From Acidimicrobiales bacterium (lineage in GTDB: Bacteria > Actinomycetota > Acidimicrobiia > Acidimicrobiales > Poriferisodalaceae), in NCBI GenBank assembly GCA_965115995.1, contig OZ220472.1, positions 3,384,419 to 3,448,418 on the forward strand: 64,000 bases of DNA, in the 5' to 3' direction. The notes under the pieces were generated by a model. That model saw only the letters and a program-made list of their open reading frames with translations, was not told the DNA's origin and ran no database searches. Below, in pieces: positions 7,701 through 19,700 of this stretch. The translations under genes and the position numbers were made by a program. How positions within the stretch are numbered: the first letter of the stretch is position 1; each line of letters begins with the position of its first letter.

Positions 7701-10700
7701 GCGTACACGGTGGTGAGCGGGGACGACGGCGCCAGCCTGCGGGTGCGGGCCACCTACACCGACGGCGGCGGCAACAGCGAGGAGGTCTTCTCCACCGCCA
7801 CCGTCACCGGCTTCAAATATCCCGGCGCCAAAGCGGCGTTCGCCGTCACCGACAACACCGCCAATGAGGAGTCGGCGGCCAGCACCAAAGCCGAGGCCGC
7901 ACAGTTCACGTTCACGCTCGCCGACAAAGCGAGCCCGGTGGCCGACGAGACGATCGGCTACCACATCGACTTCAGCGGCGGCGCCATCGACGAAGACTTC
8001 ACCCTGGAGCTCGTGCCCGCACAGGGCGTGAGCCTGACCACGCCCACCAAGCAGCAGGCCCGGGTGGTGTTCAGCGCACAGGGAGGCGTCAGGCCAGCGT
8101 CGACCGCCACCGTGTGGCTCAAGGCCCTGGCCGACGACGACAACGCAGCCAACGAGACGATCACCCTCACCCCCGACACGACACTCTTCACCGGCGACCT
8201 CGGGGCGGACGCGCAACTCACCGGTGCCGCGGCGAGCATCACCGTCACCGACGATGACGAGCCTGTCACCGTCACCATGGCCGGCAGCGACGGCGACAGT
8301 GACGGCAACGCGGTGGAGGGCGCCGGCAACGCCACCGGCTACCGCACGGTCACGCTCACGCTGAGCCGAGCGCTCACCGGTATGCAGGCCGTGACGGTGC
8401 CGCTGAGCGTGGCCGGCGCGACGGTCACCACCGACTACACGTTCGCGCTGGCGGGGACGAACACCGGCGTGTCGCTGACCACCACGGGCGGGACGCATAC
8501 GGCGCAGAACCCGGCGGTGGTGTTCGCGTCGGGTGCGCAGACGGCGACGCTGCGCCTCACGCCGGTGGACAACACAGCCCGCACCCAGCCGTACGTGGTG
8601 ATCAGCTACGGCACCGGGGATCGGGCGCCGAGCGGCACCGGCGGCGCCGCCGTGGCCAGCCAGAGCGGCGGCCCCATCGGCGTCGTGCTGGTGGACGACG
8701 AGACGGGCGACATCGAGCTGGCGTTGGACTGGGGGCTCGCTCCGGCCGGGCTGTCGTACGGCGACGACTTCCGGTTGCTGTTCCGCACCTCTGTGGGCCG
8801 CGACGCCACATCGTCGGACATAGCGGTCTACGACGCGTTCGTGCGCGGCGTGCTCGCGCAGGGCGGCCACAGCGACATCAAGCCATATGCCGGGTTCTTC
8901 AAGGTGTTCGGCGGGACTCGCAGCGCGTCGGGCTCGACGGGAACGTCGGTGCGGGTCCACAACGGGCTGGCGACGCGTCATACCGGCCATCTCTCCGGGG
9001 GATATGTATGGGCGGACGGCTCCACCCGGGCGACGGTGGGCAGCACGACGGGTGTTCCCACCTACTGGCTGAACGGCGCGATCCTGGCCAACAACTACGC
9101 CGACCTCTGCGACATCGCCTGGTCGACCGGCAACGGTGTCACCACCGGCTGGGACCGCGATGACCCGCGCAGCGAGGACGGCACGCGCAACGTCCCTGCA
9201 TCCGTGCCCGGCAACAATTTCGGGCCGTACTCGACGTGGACGGGCTCGGGCAACGCCTGTGAGGCGTGGAACAATCCGCTGGGATCCGACACCGTGTCGC
9301 GCTCGGCGGCAGGCAGCGGCGGCGGGCAGACGCTGCTGCATCAACGCGCTGCGGCGAACACGAGGACACACCCGTTCTACGGCTACTCGCCGGTGTTCAA
9401 GCTGTTGGCGAAGCCGCCGGAGCTGACCTTCGGCTCGGCGGCCTTCAGCGGCGCTGAGGGCGACGGAACCATCGACGTCACCGTACGCGCCGACGCTGCG
9501 CCGCGCAGCGCCCTGACGGTGGCGCTGGCGACGACCGCAGGCACGGCGACGGGCGGCGGGACCGACTACACCGCCCCGGCAGCAACATTCACCTTCCCCG
9601 CCGACGTCACCTCGCACACCTTCAGCGTGACCGTCAACGACGACTCGGTCGTGGAGCCCAACGAGCGCTTCGCGCTGACGCTGAGCGCCGGCACGGGCTA
9701 CACGGTCGGCACGCCGTCGTCGGCCACGGTGACCATCGTCGATGACGACGGCCTGTCTGTCGCCATGGTCGCCTCGCACGGCGACAGCGACGGCAACGCA
9801 GTCGAGGGTGCCGGCGACACCACCGGCTACCGCACGATCACGCTCACGCTGGGTCGGGCGCTCGCCGGCTCGGAGACCGTCACGGTGCCGCTGAGCGTGA
9901 CCGGTGCGACGGTCACCGCCGACTACACGTTCGTGCTGGCGGGGACGAACACCGGCGTGACGCTGACCACCACGGGCGGGACGCATACGGCGCAGAACCC
10001 GGCGGTGGTGTTCGCGGCGGGCGCGCAGACGGCGACGCTGCGCCTCACGCCGATGAACAACAACGCCCGCACGCAGCCGTATGTGATCGTCGACTACGGC
10101 ACGGACAGCAGGGCGCCGGCCGCGACGGGCGGCGTCACGTTGGGCACGCCGTCCGGCGGGCCGATCGGCGTCATTCTCGTCGATGACGAGACGGGCGACG
10201 TCGTGCTGCCTGCGGGGGCGAGCTTCCGGCCGACAGGAGTGTCCAAGGACGGCGAGGAGTACCGGATTCTGTTCATGACCTCTGAGGGCGGGCCGGCGAC
10301 GTCGACCGACATCGCGGACTACGACCATTTCGTGCGGGCCTCGGCAATCCGCAACGGCAACGCCGATCTGCTGCCCTACGTCGGGTTCTTCAAAGCGTTC
10401 GTGTCGACCCCGACCGTCGATGGCCGCACCCACGTCGGCATCTGGGACCCGAAAGCCAACAACGGCTCGGGTGCCTACGCCACCGGTCAGGCGATCTATT
10501 GGCTCAGCGGAGACTTGGTGCATGCGAGCTACCGGAGTTTCTGCCTCAGGGAGTGGTTCGGTCGGTGGAATTCGGCGGACGACACCCGCCTGCGCCACCC
10601 CGACGGCGCACAGGGCGACGGCGCGAAGGTGTGGACCGGGATGAACAACAACTGCACGACGAGCTCGGCCCCGCTGGGCTCGGCCGCACCGACCTACGGC

Positions 10701-13700
10701 CCCGGCGCGCAGGCCGGCAGCGGCACCGCATCGAAGGCGCTGTCGCTGGGCACTGAGGGGGCCGGCAACGAGAACCGGTTCTACGCGGTGTCGGAAGTGC
10801 TCAAGACGGTGGCGTCGCCCGCACAGCCGGTGGTGGCGTTCGCAACACGGGCTACTTCGAGCAACGAGGGCGACGATGCGACGTTCACGTTGAATGCCAG
10901 CCCTGCTCCGGCGCAGGACCTGACGCTCTCCTACACCTCGCAAGTCGGCACTGGCGACGAACCAGCGACCGCGGGCGAGGACTTCACCGCTGGCGTCGGC
11001 ACGGTGACGATCCCCGCCGGACAGGCTTCGGCGACGTTCAACATCGCGATCCCCGACGACGACATTTTCGAGACATCGGAGACGTTCAGGATTCTGCTGG
11101 TTCCCTCGCCCGACTATCTGCCCGGCAGCACCCGCAGCTCTGTCGTGACGATCCTCGACGACGACGAGCTCAAGGTGGGCTTCGAGCGGGCGGGGTACTG
11201 GGCGCTCGAGGACAGCGGCAGCATTGATGTCGACCTGACCGTGGATCGTGAATTGGAACGGTCGGCGGAGGTGACCCTGTCGGTGGGCGGCACCGCCACG
11301 CCCGGCAGCGACTACACGGCCCTGCCGTCGACGACTGTGACGATCCCCGCGGGGACCACGACGGGGACGCACACCCTCACCATTCCCATCATCGACGACG
11401 CCGCCGCCGAAACCGACGAGACGGTCATCTTGGAGATCGTCAGCACCAAGCCGGCTAGTCGTGTATCCACCGCGACCCGCGACATGACGACGGTGTTCAT
11501 CGCCGATCAAGACCACATCACGCCCGGCCTCGTCGTGCCGAGCACCGTCGAAGTGGGCGAGGGTGGGGCGGCGACGTATCTGCTGCGGCCTGTCACCGAG
11601 CCGACCGGCACGGTCACCGTCACGATCTCGGGCCAGTCCGACGCCGTGCTGACGCTCGACGCCGACGACAGCGCGAAGGGGGTGCAGGCCTCCGTCGAGT
11701 TCGACGCCTCCAATTGGCACATCGGACGCAGGATCACCGTGAACGGCGTCCACGACAACGACATCGACAACGACACGGTCACACTCACCCACACAGCAGC
11801 AGGCGGCGGATACGCCTCGGTCACCGGCACCGTGGCCGCAACCGTCGTCGACGACGACCTGGTGCAGTGGTGGAAGGCGGGCGGCGACCCTCTGGCAGCG
11901 CCTGAGGCGGTCGAGACGATTGCCGAGGGGGAGAGCCTGACGCTGACGGTGACGCGGCGGAACTCGGCCGGCGCGGTGTCGATCCCGATCGGGGTACAGG
12001 AGGTATCGGCCAAGGCCTCCGACGGCGACTATGAGGCGCCCGCCACCGTCAAGTTCGCCGGCAGGCAGAACGAGGCCACCTACACGTTCACAGCGTTGCG
12101 CGACAACGACACGGCCGAGGGCGACGAAGTGGTGACGATCACCCTCTGCCCCGCAGCAGACTGCCCCGCGCCCTACGGCTCGGGGGCCACGCCGCCGACC
12201 ATCGACGTGACCATCACCGATGGGCCGCGGCCCCACGGCATCTCGGTGAAACCCGCCGCGGCCACGATCGCCCTTGACGAAGGCGCCGGCGACGCAGCCG
12301 TCCGCACCCTGGAGGTGTCGCTGGAGTCGAACCCGACGGTGGCAGCCACCGTCACCGTCACCTCCACCGACCCGGCCGCGGTGACCGTCGACACCGACCC
12401 CAGCACCGCCGCCGCCGAGAGCACCATCACGTTCACACCCGGCACCACCGGCAAAGACGGCGACGGGAACTGGGCCGAAGCGGTCAGCGTCGAGATCGCC
12501 GCGGTGGACGACACCGACCTCGCAAACGAGTCGGTCACGGTGACCTTCTCGGTCGAAGCAGCCAGCGGCCCCTACCACTCGTCGACGTCGCCGCCGGTCA
12601 CCGACGAGACCCGCACCGTCAACGTGACCGACCCGGGCGTCGCGGTGATCGTGTCGGACACCGACCTCAACCTCCGCGAGGAGCGCGGCACCGCCACCTA
12701 CACCGTGCGCCTGGGCACCCCTCCGGCCCCGGGCCGCAGCGTGGAGGTCACCGCCAGCTCGACGGCTGTGGAGCGGGTGACTGTCGGCAGCGCCGTGCTG
12801 AGCTTCGACTCGACCAACTGGAACCAGCCCCAGACGGTCACGCTCACCGGTGTGGACCTGCCGACGCAGACCCCCGTCACCGTTGCCATCACCCACTCGA
12901 TCACCCAGAGCGACGACGTGAGCTACCCCACCACGCTCGCGGTCGACTCGCTGACAGCGAAGCTGTTCCATGCGCCCACCGTCATTTTTGGGTCTGGATC
13001 GGACGCCAATCTCACGGTTGTCGAAGGTTCGTCCATAGACGCCGAGTTGACCGCCTGGCCAGGACCGGACGGACTCGGTCTGCCGGTGACGGTGACGGTG
13101 CGCGAGTACGGCGGCGACCGGATCGCAGCCGAAGAAGAAGGCGAGCGCGTGGTGGTCTTTGAGCCGTGCCCCGTGCTACTGGGGTGCTTCAACGGGTCGG
13201 CCAGGTTCTCCATTCCCACCAACGCGGACAGCGCCGACACTGCCGACAGTCGCGTGTTCATCGCACTGCACGGCGACGCGGGCCCCGGCTACTTGATCGG
13301 AGGCCGTACGTTCTTGGATGCGGTGGTCACCGACGACGATCCGACCACGGTCACCTTGTCGGGATCGGACCGCGTGCCCGACGACGGCGGCGAAGCGACG
13401 ATCACCCTGACGCTGAACCGGGTCCTGAGCAACAATTTGAACGCGGCACCCGCCGAGAAGCTGACGGTTCCGCTCACCTTCGCCGGCGGCACCCTCGGTA
13501 CCGACTACTCGCTGGCGCTGGCCACGACGAACAATCTGGTGACGCTCAACACGTCGAGCCCGCACAGCGCGCAGCACCCGGCCGTGGTCTTCACCGGCGG
13601 GCCCAACAGCGTCGCGACAGCGGAGCTCACCCTCACTGCCATCGACACGGGAGCGACCGCGCCGCTCACGGTGAGCGTGGCGTTCGGCGCCGGCAACCGG

Positions 13701-16700
13701 GCGCCGAGCGGCGCGAACCTCAGTGGCGGCTTCAGCGCATCGGGCAGCGCGACGGCGACCATCGTGCCCGCGGGTGTGACGGTCACCGCGGCGGGCGGCA
13801 GCCTCGAGGTGACCGAGGCCGCCGGAGCGGGCCGCACCGACACCTTCACCGTTGTGCTGACGAGCCGGCCCACCCAGGAGGTGACCGTGGCTGTGGCGGT
13901 GGGCGACCCCGGCGTGGCCACGGTCGACAAGGCCAGCCTGGTCTTCACCACCGGCAACTGGAACCAAGCCCAGACGGTGGCGGTGACCGCGACCGACGAC
14001 AACGTCGACAACCCCGGCGGGAGGCGCACCACCGACGTCGCCCTCACCGTCACCTCGACTGACGCGAGCTACAACGGCCTGAAGGTGGATCCGCAGACCG
14101 TTGCGGTGAGCGATGACGAAGCCACCACAGTGACGTTCTCGGTCACCGACGCCACCGCCGACGAGGGCGCCCCCTCGAACGCCGCCGCTCTGCGCCTGGT
14201 GGTGTCGCGGCCGCTGGAGGCCGGCGAGCGCCTCCAGGTGCCGCTGCGCTTCAGCGGCGCCGACCCGCTGCCGTTCGCGCTCTCGCTGGCCGGCACCCCA
14301 GCCCCCGCCGGAGTGACACTGAACGCGGACGTGACCGATGCGTCGGTGAGGTTCACGGGTTCTTCGGGGGGCAGCGCCACGGTGGCCGACCTCATCGTGA
14401 CGCCGCGGCGAGACGCCGACACCACCGACACCGACATCACCGCTCAGGTCCCCTCGGCGAGCAGCGGCGGCGCCTTTGTGCTGATCACTGCGGTCAACAG
14501 CGTCGAGACGCTGCCCGGCGGGGCCACCGGGCTCGGAAGCTGCTCCGGCGGCGCCTGCTCGGCTCAGTTCACCGTGAACGACGACGGCGTGTCGCAGGAC
14601 GTGTCGCTGTCGGTGGACCGCGCCGCGGTCAACGAGGGCGCCACCGCCACGGTCACCGCCACGCTGCTGGCACCCGCCACGGCGGCCCTGTCGATTCCTG
14701 TGGCGGTGCGTTCCGGCGCCACCGCGTCGGCGGCCGACTACACGCTGTCGAACAGCGGCAGCATCGACATCGCGTCGGGACAGAAGACGGGCACGCTCAC
14801 CTTCACCGCCATCGACGACGCGGCCGACGAGCCCAGCGAGACGCTCACCTTGGAGCTTGGCACCCTGCCCGGCGGCGTCGACAAAGGCACGCCCGACCAT
14901 GTGGCATTGACCATTGTCGACACCGACACCGACCCGGTGATCACCGTCGCCGCCGCCAATCAGGTGCAGATCGACTTCGGCGACCCTCCGGAGTTCGTGG
15001 TGCGGCCGATCACCGAAGGCGCCCCGGCCCGGTTCACCGTGACGGCCACCCCGGCGGTGCAGTACGACCTGCCGGTGACCTTGCGAGTTAGGGAGTTGGG
15101 CTTCGACAGCGACCATGTGGCCGACGCCGATGAGGGCGACGTCTCGGTGGTGATCGCTTCAGGGCAGACGCAGGCGGCCTTCAGCGTGCCGACGGTCGCC
15201 GACGACGACGACGAGAGCGACGCCACGGTCACCGTAGAGGTGCAGGACGGCGCGGGGTACACGGTGGGCGCCTCGACGCTCAACTCGGTGATGGTTCAAG
15301 ACGACGACGCGACCCGCACCGTGTCGGTGACCGGCGGCGGGCTGCTCGTCGAAGGCGACTCCAAATCCAGCGTCGAGGTGATCGTGGAGCTGGCGACGCC
15401 GCTCGCAGCCGGCGAGCATGAGGAAATTCGACTTCACTTCTCCGGCGCCGGAGTGGAGTTCCAGGACTTCGGGATCGCTCTCAAGACGGGCACCGGCATC
15501 AACACCGGAGTCACGCTGCCCTTGAACAACTTCAGGGTGGTCGCCTTCAGCGGTGCCGGGGCGCAGACGGCGGTGTTGGTGCTGACCGCGCGCGACGACC
15601 TCGACACGATCCACGAACAGGTAAAGCTGACGGTGAGCGGCGCACCAGTCGATCCCGCTGCGTCGCAAGTGCTGCTGAGCGTGCTCGACGACGACGCCTC
15701 GGGTGCGGCGGTGCTGGCCTCGGCGACCGAGGTGACGGTGGGCGAAGGCGCCACCGCGTCCTACACGGTGCGCCTGTCGGCTGCGCCCGGCGCGGGCGAG
15801 ACCGTCACGATCACTCCCACCAGCGCGGCGGTCGGCGTCGCCACCGTGACGCCCGCATCGGTGCAGATCACCAGCGCCAACTGGCAGAGCGAGCACCGCT
15901 TCACGGTGAACGGGGTGGACGACAGCACCGACAATCCGGGCCGCGACCCCCGCAGCGCCGTCATCACCCACGCGGTGACCACCACCGGGTCGGTGTACGC
16001 CTCGGCCACCGCGCCCTCGGTGACGGCCAACGTGATCGACACGCAGCCCACCGTGGTGAAGATCGTCTACGAGGGCAAGAACCACAACGCCAGCCCGCCG
16101 GCAGTCACCGAGGGGCAGAACGTGGAGCGCTTCTCGGGCAACCGGACCCTCAAGACCGACGCGCGCGGGTTCGAGGTCGTGCTGAGCCGGCCGCTGGCCC
16201 GCGATGAACGAGTCGAGGTGCCGTTGCGGATCGAGGGCCTCAACATCACCCCCGCCGACATCGCCCTCGATGTGTCTTGGCAGGCGCCGCACACCGAACA
16301 GTCGGAGGGGATCACCGATGAGGTCCGCAACCCGGGGGTGACCCTGCTGCATGCGGGCGTGGTCTACAAGCCTTCGCGAGTCGAGACGCTCGACGAAGAC
16401 TGGCAAGACACCCAACAGATGCGTCCGCGCAGCGAGAAGGCAGTGGTCGCGGTCACCGCGCTCGACTTCGTGGTGGTCTTCGACGAAGCCTCGTTCGGCA
16501 CGCCGACCACCCCGTGGACCGACGCAACCGCGCCCGTGCCCCAGCGGGCCTCGCTGATGTTCAGATTCGTCGACGACAAGCTGGGCGAAGGCCCCGAGCA
16601 GTTCACCGTCACCATCGGCGACGACGCCGAGCTGGCCGCCCGGTCGGGCACCAACCTGGCAGGCGGCGCGGTGCGCGACAGCGCCAACCCGTCGGCCTCG

Positions 16701-19700
16701 GTGCGGGTGAACGACAACGACCCCCACCTGGCGCCGTCGAAGCTGACGGTGGACGTGGCCGAGGGCGGAACGCCGGGCAGCTACACCCTCAAGCTCAGCG
16801 CAGACCCCGGCAACGGCGAGACGGTCACGGTGGACGTGGTCTCCGGCGACAGCTCGGTGGCCACCGTCTCCCCGCAGCAGATCATCTTCACCGGCGGCAG
16901 CGGGGGCTCCTGGAAGACCGCCAAGACGGTGACCGTGACCGGCGTGGCCGACGCGACCTTCGGCGACGACTCCACCGTGATCTCCCACGACATCAGCGGC
17001 TGGCCCAGCGGGCCCAGCACCGGGCCGGGCGTGCTGGTGCAGGTGAGCGACGCCCCGCCGGGGTTCACCGTGACCCAGACCGGCGGCAGCACCAAGGTGA
17101 CCGAAGCAGCCGGCGCCACCAACACCGACACCTACCAGATCGTGCTCGACGCCACCCCGGCCCGTCCGGTGACCGTCACGCCCGTCGCCGGCTCGGCCAA
17201 GATCACCGTGTCGGCGCCGCTGGTGTTCACCACTGCCAATTGGCACAAGCCCCAGACCGTGACCGTGACCGCAGTCGACGACGACGCGGTCAACCCTGCC
17301 GCCGAGCTCTCCACCACGGTCACCCACCAGGTAGCCACCGCCGACAGCAACTACCGGGCCATCGCCATCGCCCCGGTTGCGGTGGACATCACCGACAACG
17401 ACACCGCCGCACTGAAGATCACCGAGTCCGGCGACGCCACCGAGGTCACCGACGACGGCAGCACCGACACCATCGCCGTGAGCCTCGCCTCGCGGCCCTC
17501 AGCCGAGGTCACGGTCACCGTGGCGGTCGTCGAAACCCCGATGACGCAGAATGCGCTGGCTCTCAGCAAGGTGGGCGGCGCGCAGGCCGAGACCCTCACG
17601 CTGAAGTTCGGTCGGTCGACCTGGGACAAGCCCCAGACCGTCACCGTCACCGGTGTGGCCGACAGCTTCGACAACAGCGGCGACCGGGCGGGATCGCTGA
17701 CCATCTCGGCCGCGTCCAGCGATACCGACTACGCCGCCCTCGGCGCCAGCTCGGTCGGCGTGACGATCCTCGACGACGACACTTCCGGGGTCACCATCAC
17801 CCAGACCGACGGCGCCACTGAGGTCACCGACGACGGCAGCACCGACACCTACACGGTGAGGCTGAACACCCAACCACTCGGCCCGGTGTTCATCACCGCC
17901 ACCTCCGACGACGACCGGGCAGCGAGGCTGCACAGCGGCAGCGACACGACGCCGGGGGAGACCGTCCGGCTGACGTTCACTCAGGGCAATTGGCGCGATC
18001 CCCAGACGGTCAGCGTCACCGGCGTCAGCGACGATCTCGACAACCCGGGCGCCGCCCGCAGCGTGACCGTCACCCACGCAGCCACTGTTCCCGATCCCAG
18101 CGACCCCGAGAACGCGCCCGCCAACCCCTACGACGGGATCAAGGTCGCCTCGGTGAAGGTCAGGGTGGTCGACGATGAGGCGCCCGTCGGCATCACCGTC
18201 ACCGAGACCGACGGCGGCACCGAGCTGGCCGAAGACGGCGGCACCGACACGTTCAGCGTCGCACTCGACTCCAAGCCGACGAACAACGTGGTGGTCACCG
18301 TCACGTCCGCGAAGCCCGGCGCTGCCACCGTGAACAGCCCTTCGTCCTCGGCGGGAGCAACGGCCAAGCTCACCTTCACCCCGGCCAACTACGCCAGCGA
18401 GCAGCAGGTGACGGTCACCGGCGTCGACGACGACAAGGACAACGGCGCCGGGCGAATGGTGGACATCACCGTTCAAGCGCTCAAGGCCGACAACACCGAC
18501 ACCCGCTACCAGGGCGTCTCGGGCGACAAGGTCACCGCCACGGTCACCGACGACAACGTCAAAGGCGTGGTGCTGAGCCGGCCCGACGGGCTCACCGTGC
18601 CCGACGGAGATGACGCCTCCTACACCGTGCGCCTCGGATCCCAGCCGCGCCAGACGGTCCAGGTAACGATTCGATCCAGCGACTACGCCCAAGTCACGGT
18701 GAATCCGACCCGCCGCACCGAACCGCTGATTCTGCAATTCACCTCTGGGAACTGGGATGACCCCCAGGACGTCACTGTCAGCACGCGCAATGCCTGCAAC
18801 GCCGCCTCCTGCGAGGTCACGCTCACGCACTCGACGAGGCAGTTCATCGGAACGCCGGTTACCGGCGCCGACGACTACTCAACCGGAACCGTCGCGCAGC
18901 CGTCGCTCACCGCCACGGTCGTCGGCAACGACGTGCGAGCAGTGGTCATCACCGAGACCGGCGACGGCACCGAGGTGGCCGAGGCGGGCACGCCAGACGA
19001 GACCACCGACACCTACACCATCTCATTGACCCGTGCCCCCGCCAGCGGGAACCAGCAAAACCAAGAGCGTGTGCAGGTCTTCGTGGCGGCCTCAGCCGGA
19101 GTGCGGCTGAGCTTCCCCGACAGCGCCCCGTGGGACACGGACCGGCTGACCTTCACCAGCGACAACTGGGCACCCGTCGTGGTGACCGTCACCGGCGTGG
19201 ATGACAGCCTCGACAACACCGGAGGCGCCCGCAGCGTCTCGATCACCCATCGGGTGGTCGTCGTGCCGGAGCGCACGTACGAGTCGGGCTCCGCGGACAC
19301 GATCACGGTCACCGTGACCGACGACGATCCGCCGCCCACCGGGATCGCCCTGAGCGCCTCGCCGGTGAGCATCGGCGAGCGCAACAACCCCGCAAATGCC
19401 CCGGTCACGGTCACCGCCACCGTGCAGGGCGACAGCCGCTTCGACGCCGACCAGGTGGTGCATCTCTCGGTCAGCGATTCGAGCAGCTCCGACGGGAGGG
19501 TGCCGTTCACGCTGAAGCCCGACAATCTGCTGCCCATCGCCCGGTTCGTCAGCCTCGCCGCGGGACGCGCCAGCGGCACGTTCACCGCCATGGGCATTCT
19601 GGTGACCGGCGACAGCGTCGATCAGGCCGACCGGGTGGTGACCATCAGCGGCACCCTCGGGGCCTACACAGTGACCCCGGCGACGGTCACGCTCATCGAC

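Noticed and set aside
5544-12971. 2475-aa minus-strand ORF, the largest entry in the track
   Set aside because: It is the exact reverse-complement frame of the plus-strand giant ORF, so it stays open only because sense TCA/TTA/CTA codons are absent. The translation is Arg/Gly/His/Val/Asp low-complexity (GGRRGAQAHGVGGGAALL.., RRRRRVVGAAG..) with no domain motifs. The plus frame shows signal peptide, Calx-beta and cadherin signatures across the same DNA.
16514-17821. Plus-strand out-of-frame ORFs (16514..17821 435 aa, 13166..14062, 7103..7867, 5294..5914, 36395..37063, 45626..46240, 60554..61126 and others)
   Set aside because: All start at coordinates that are 1 or 2 mod 3, so they overlap the giant frame out of register. 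Their translations are Arg/His/Gly/Pro/Asp junk (RRRRHRGHRRRQHRHH..). They are typical high-GC off-frame ORFs.
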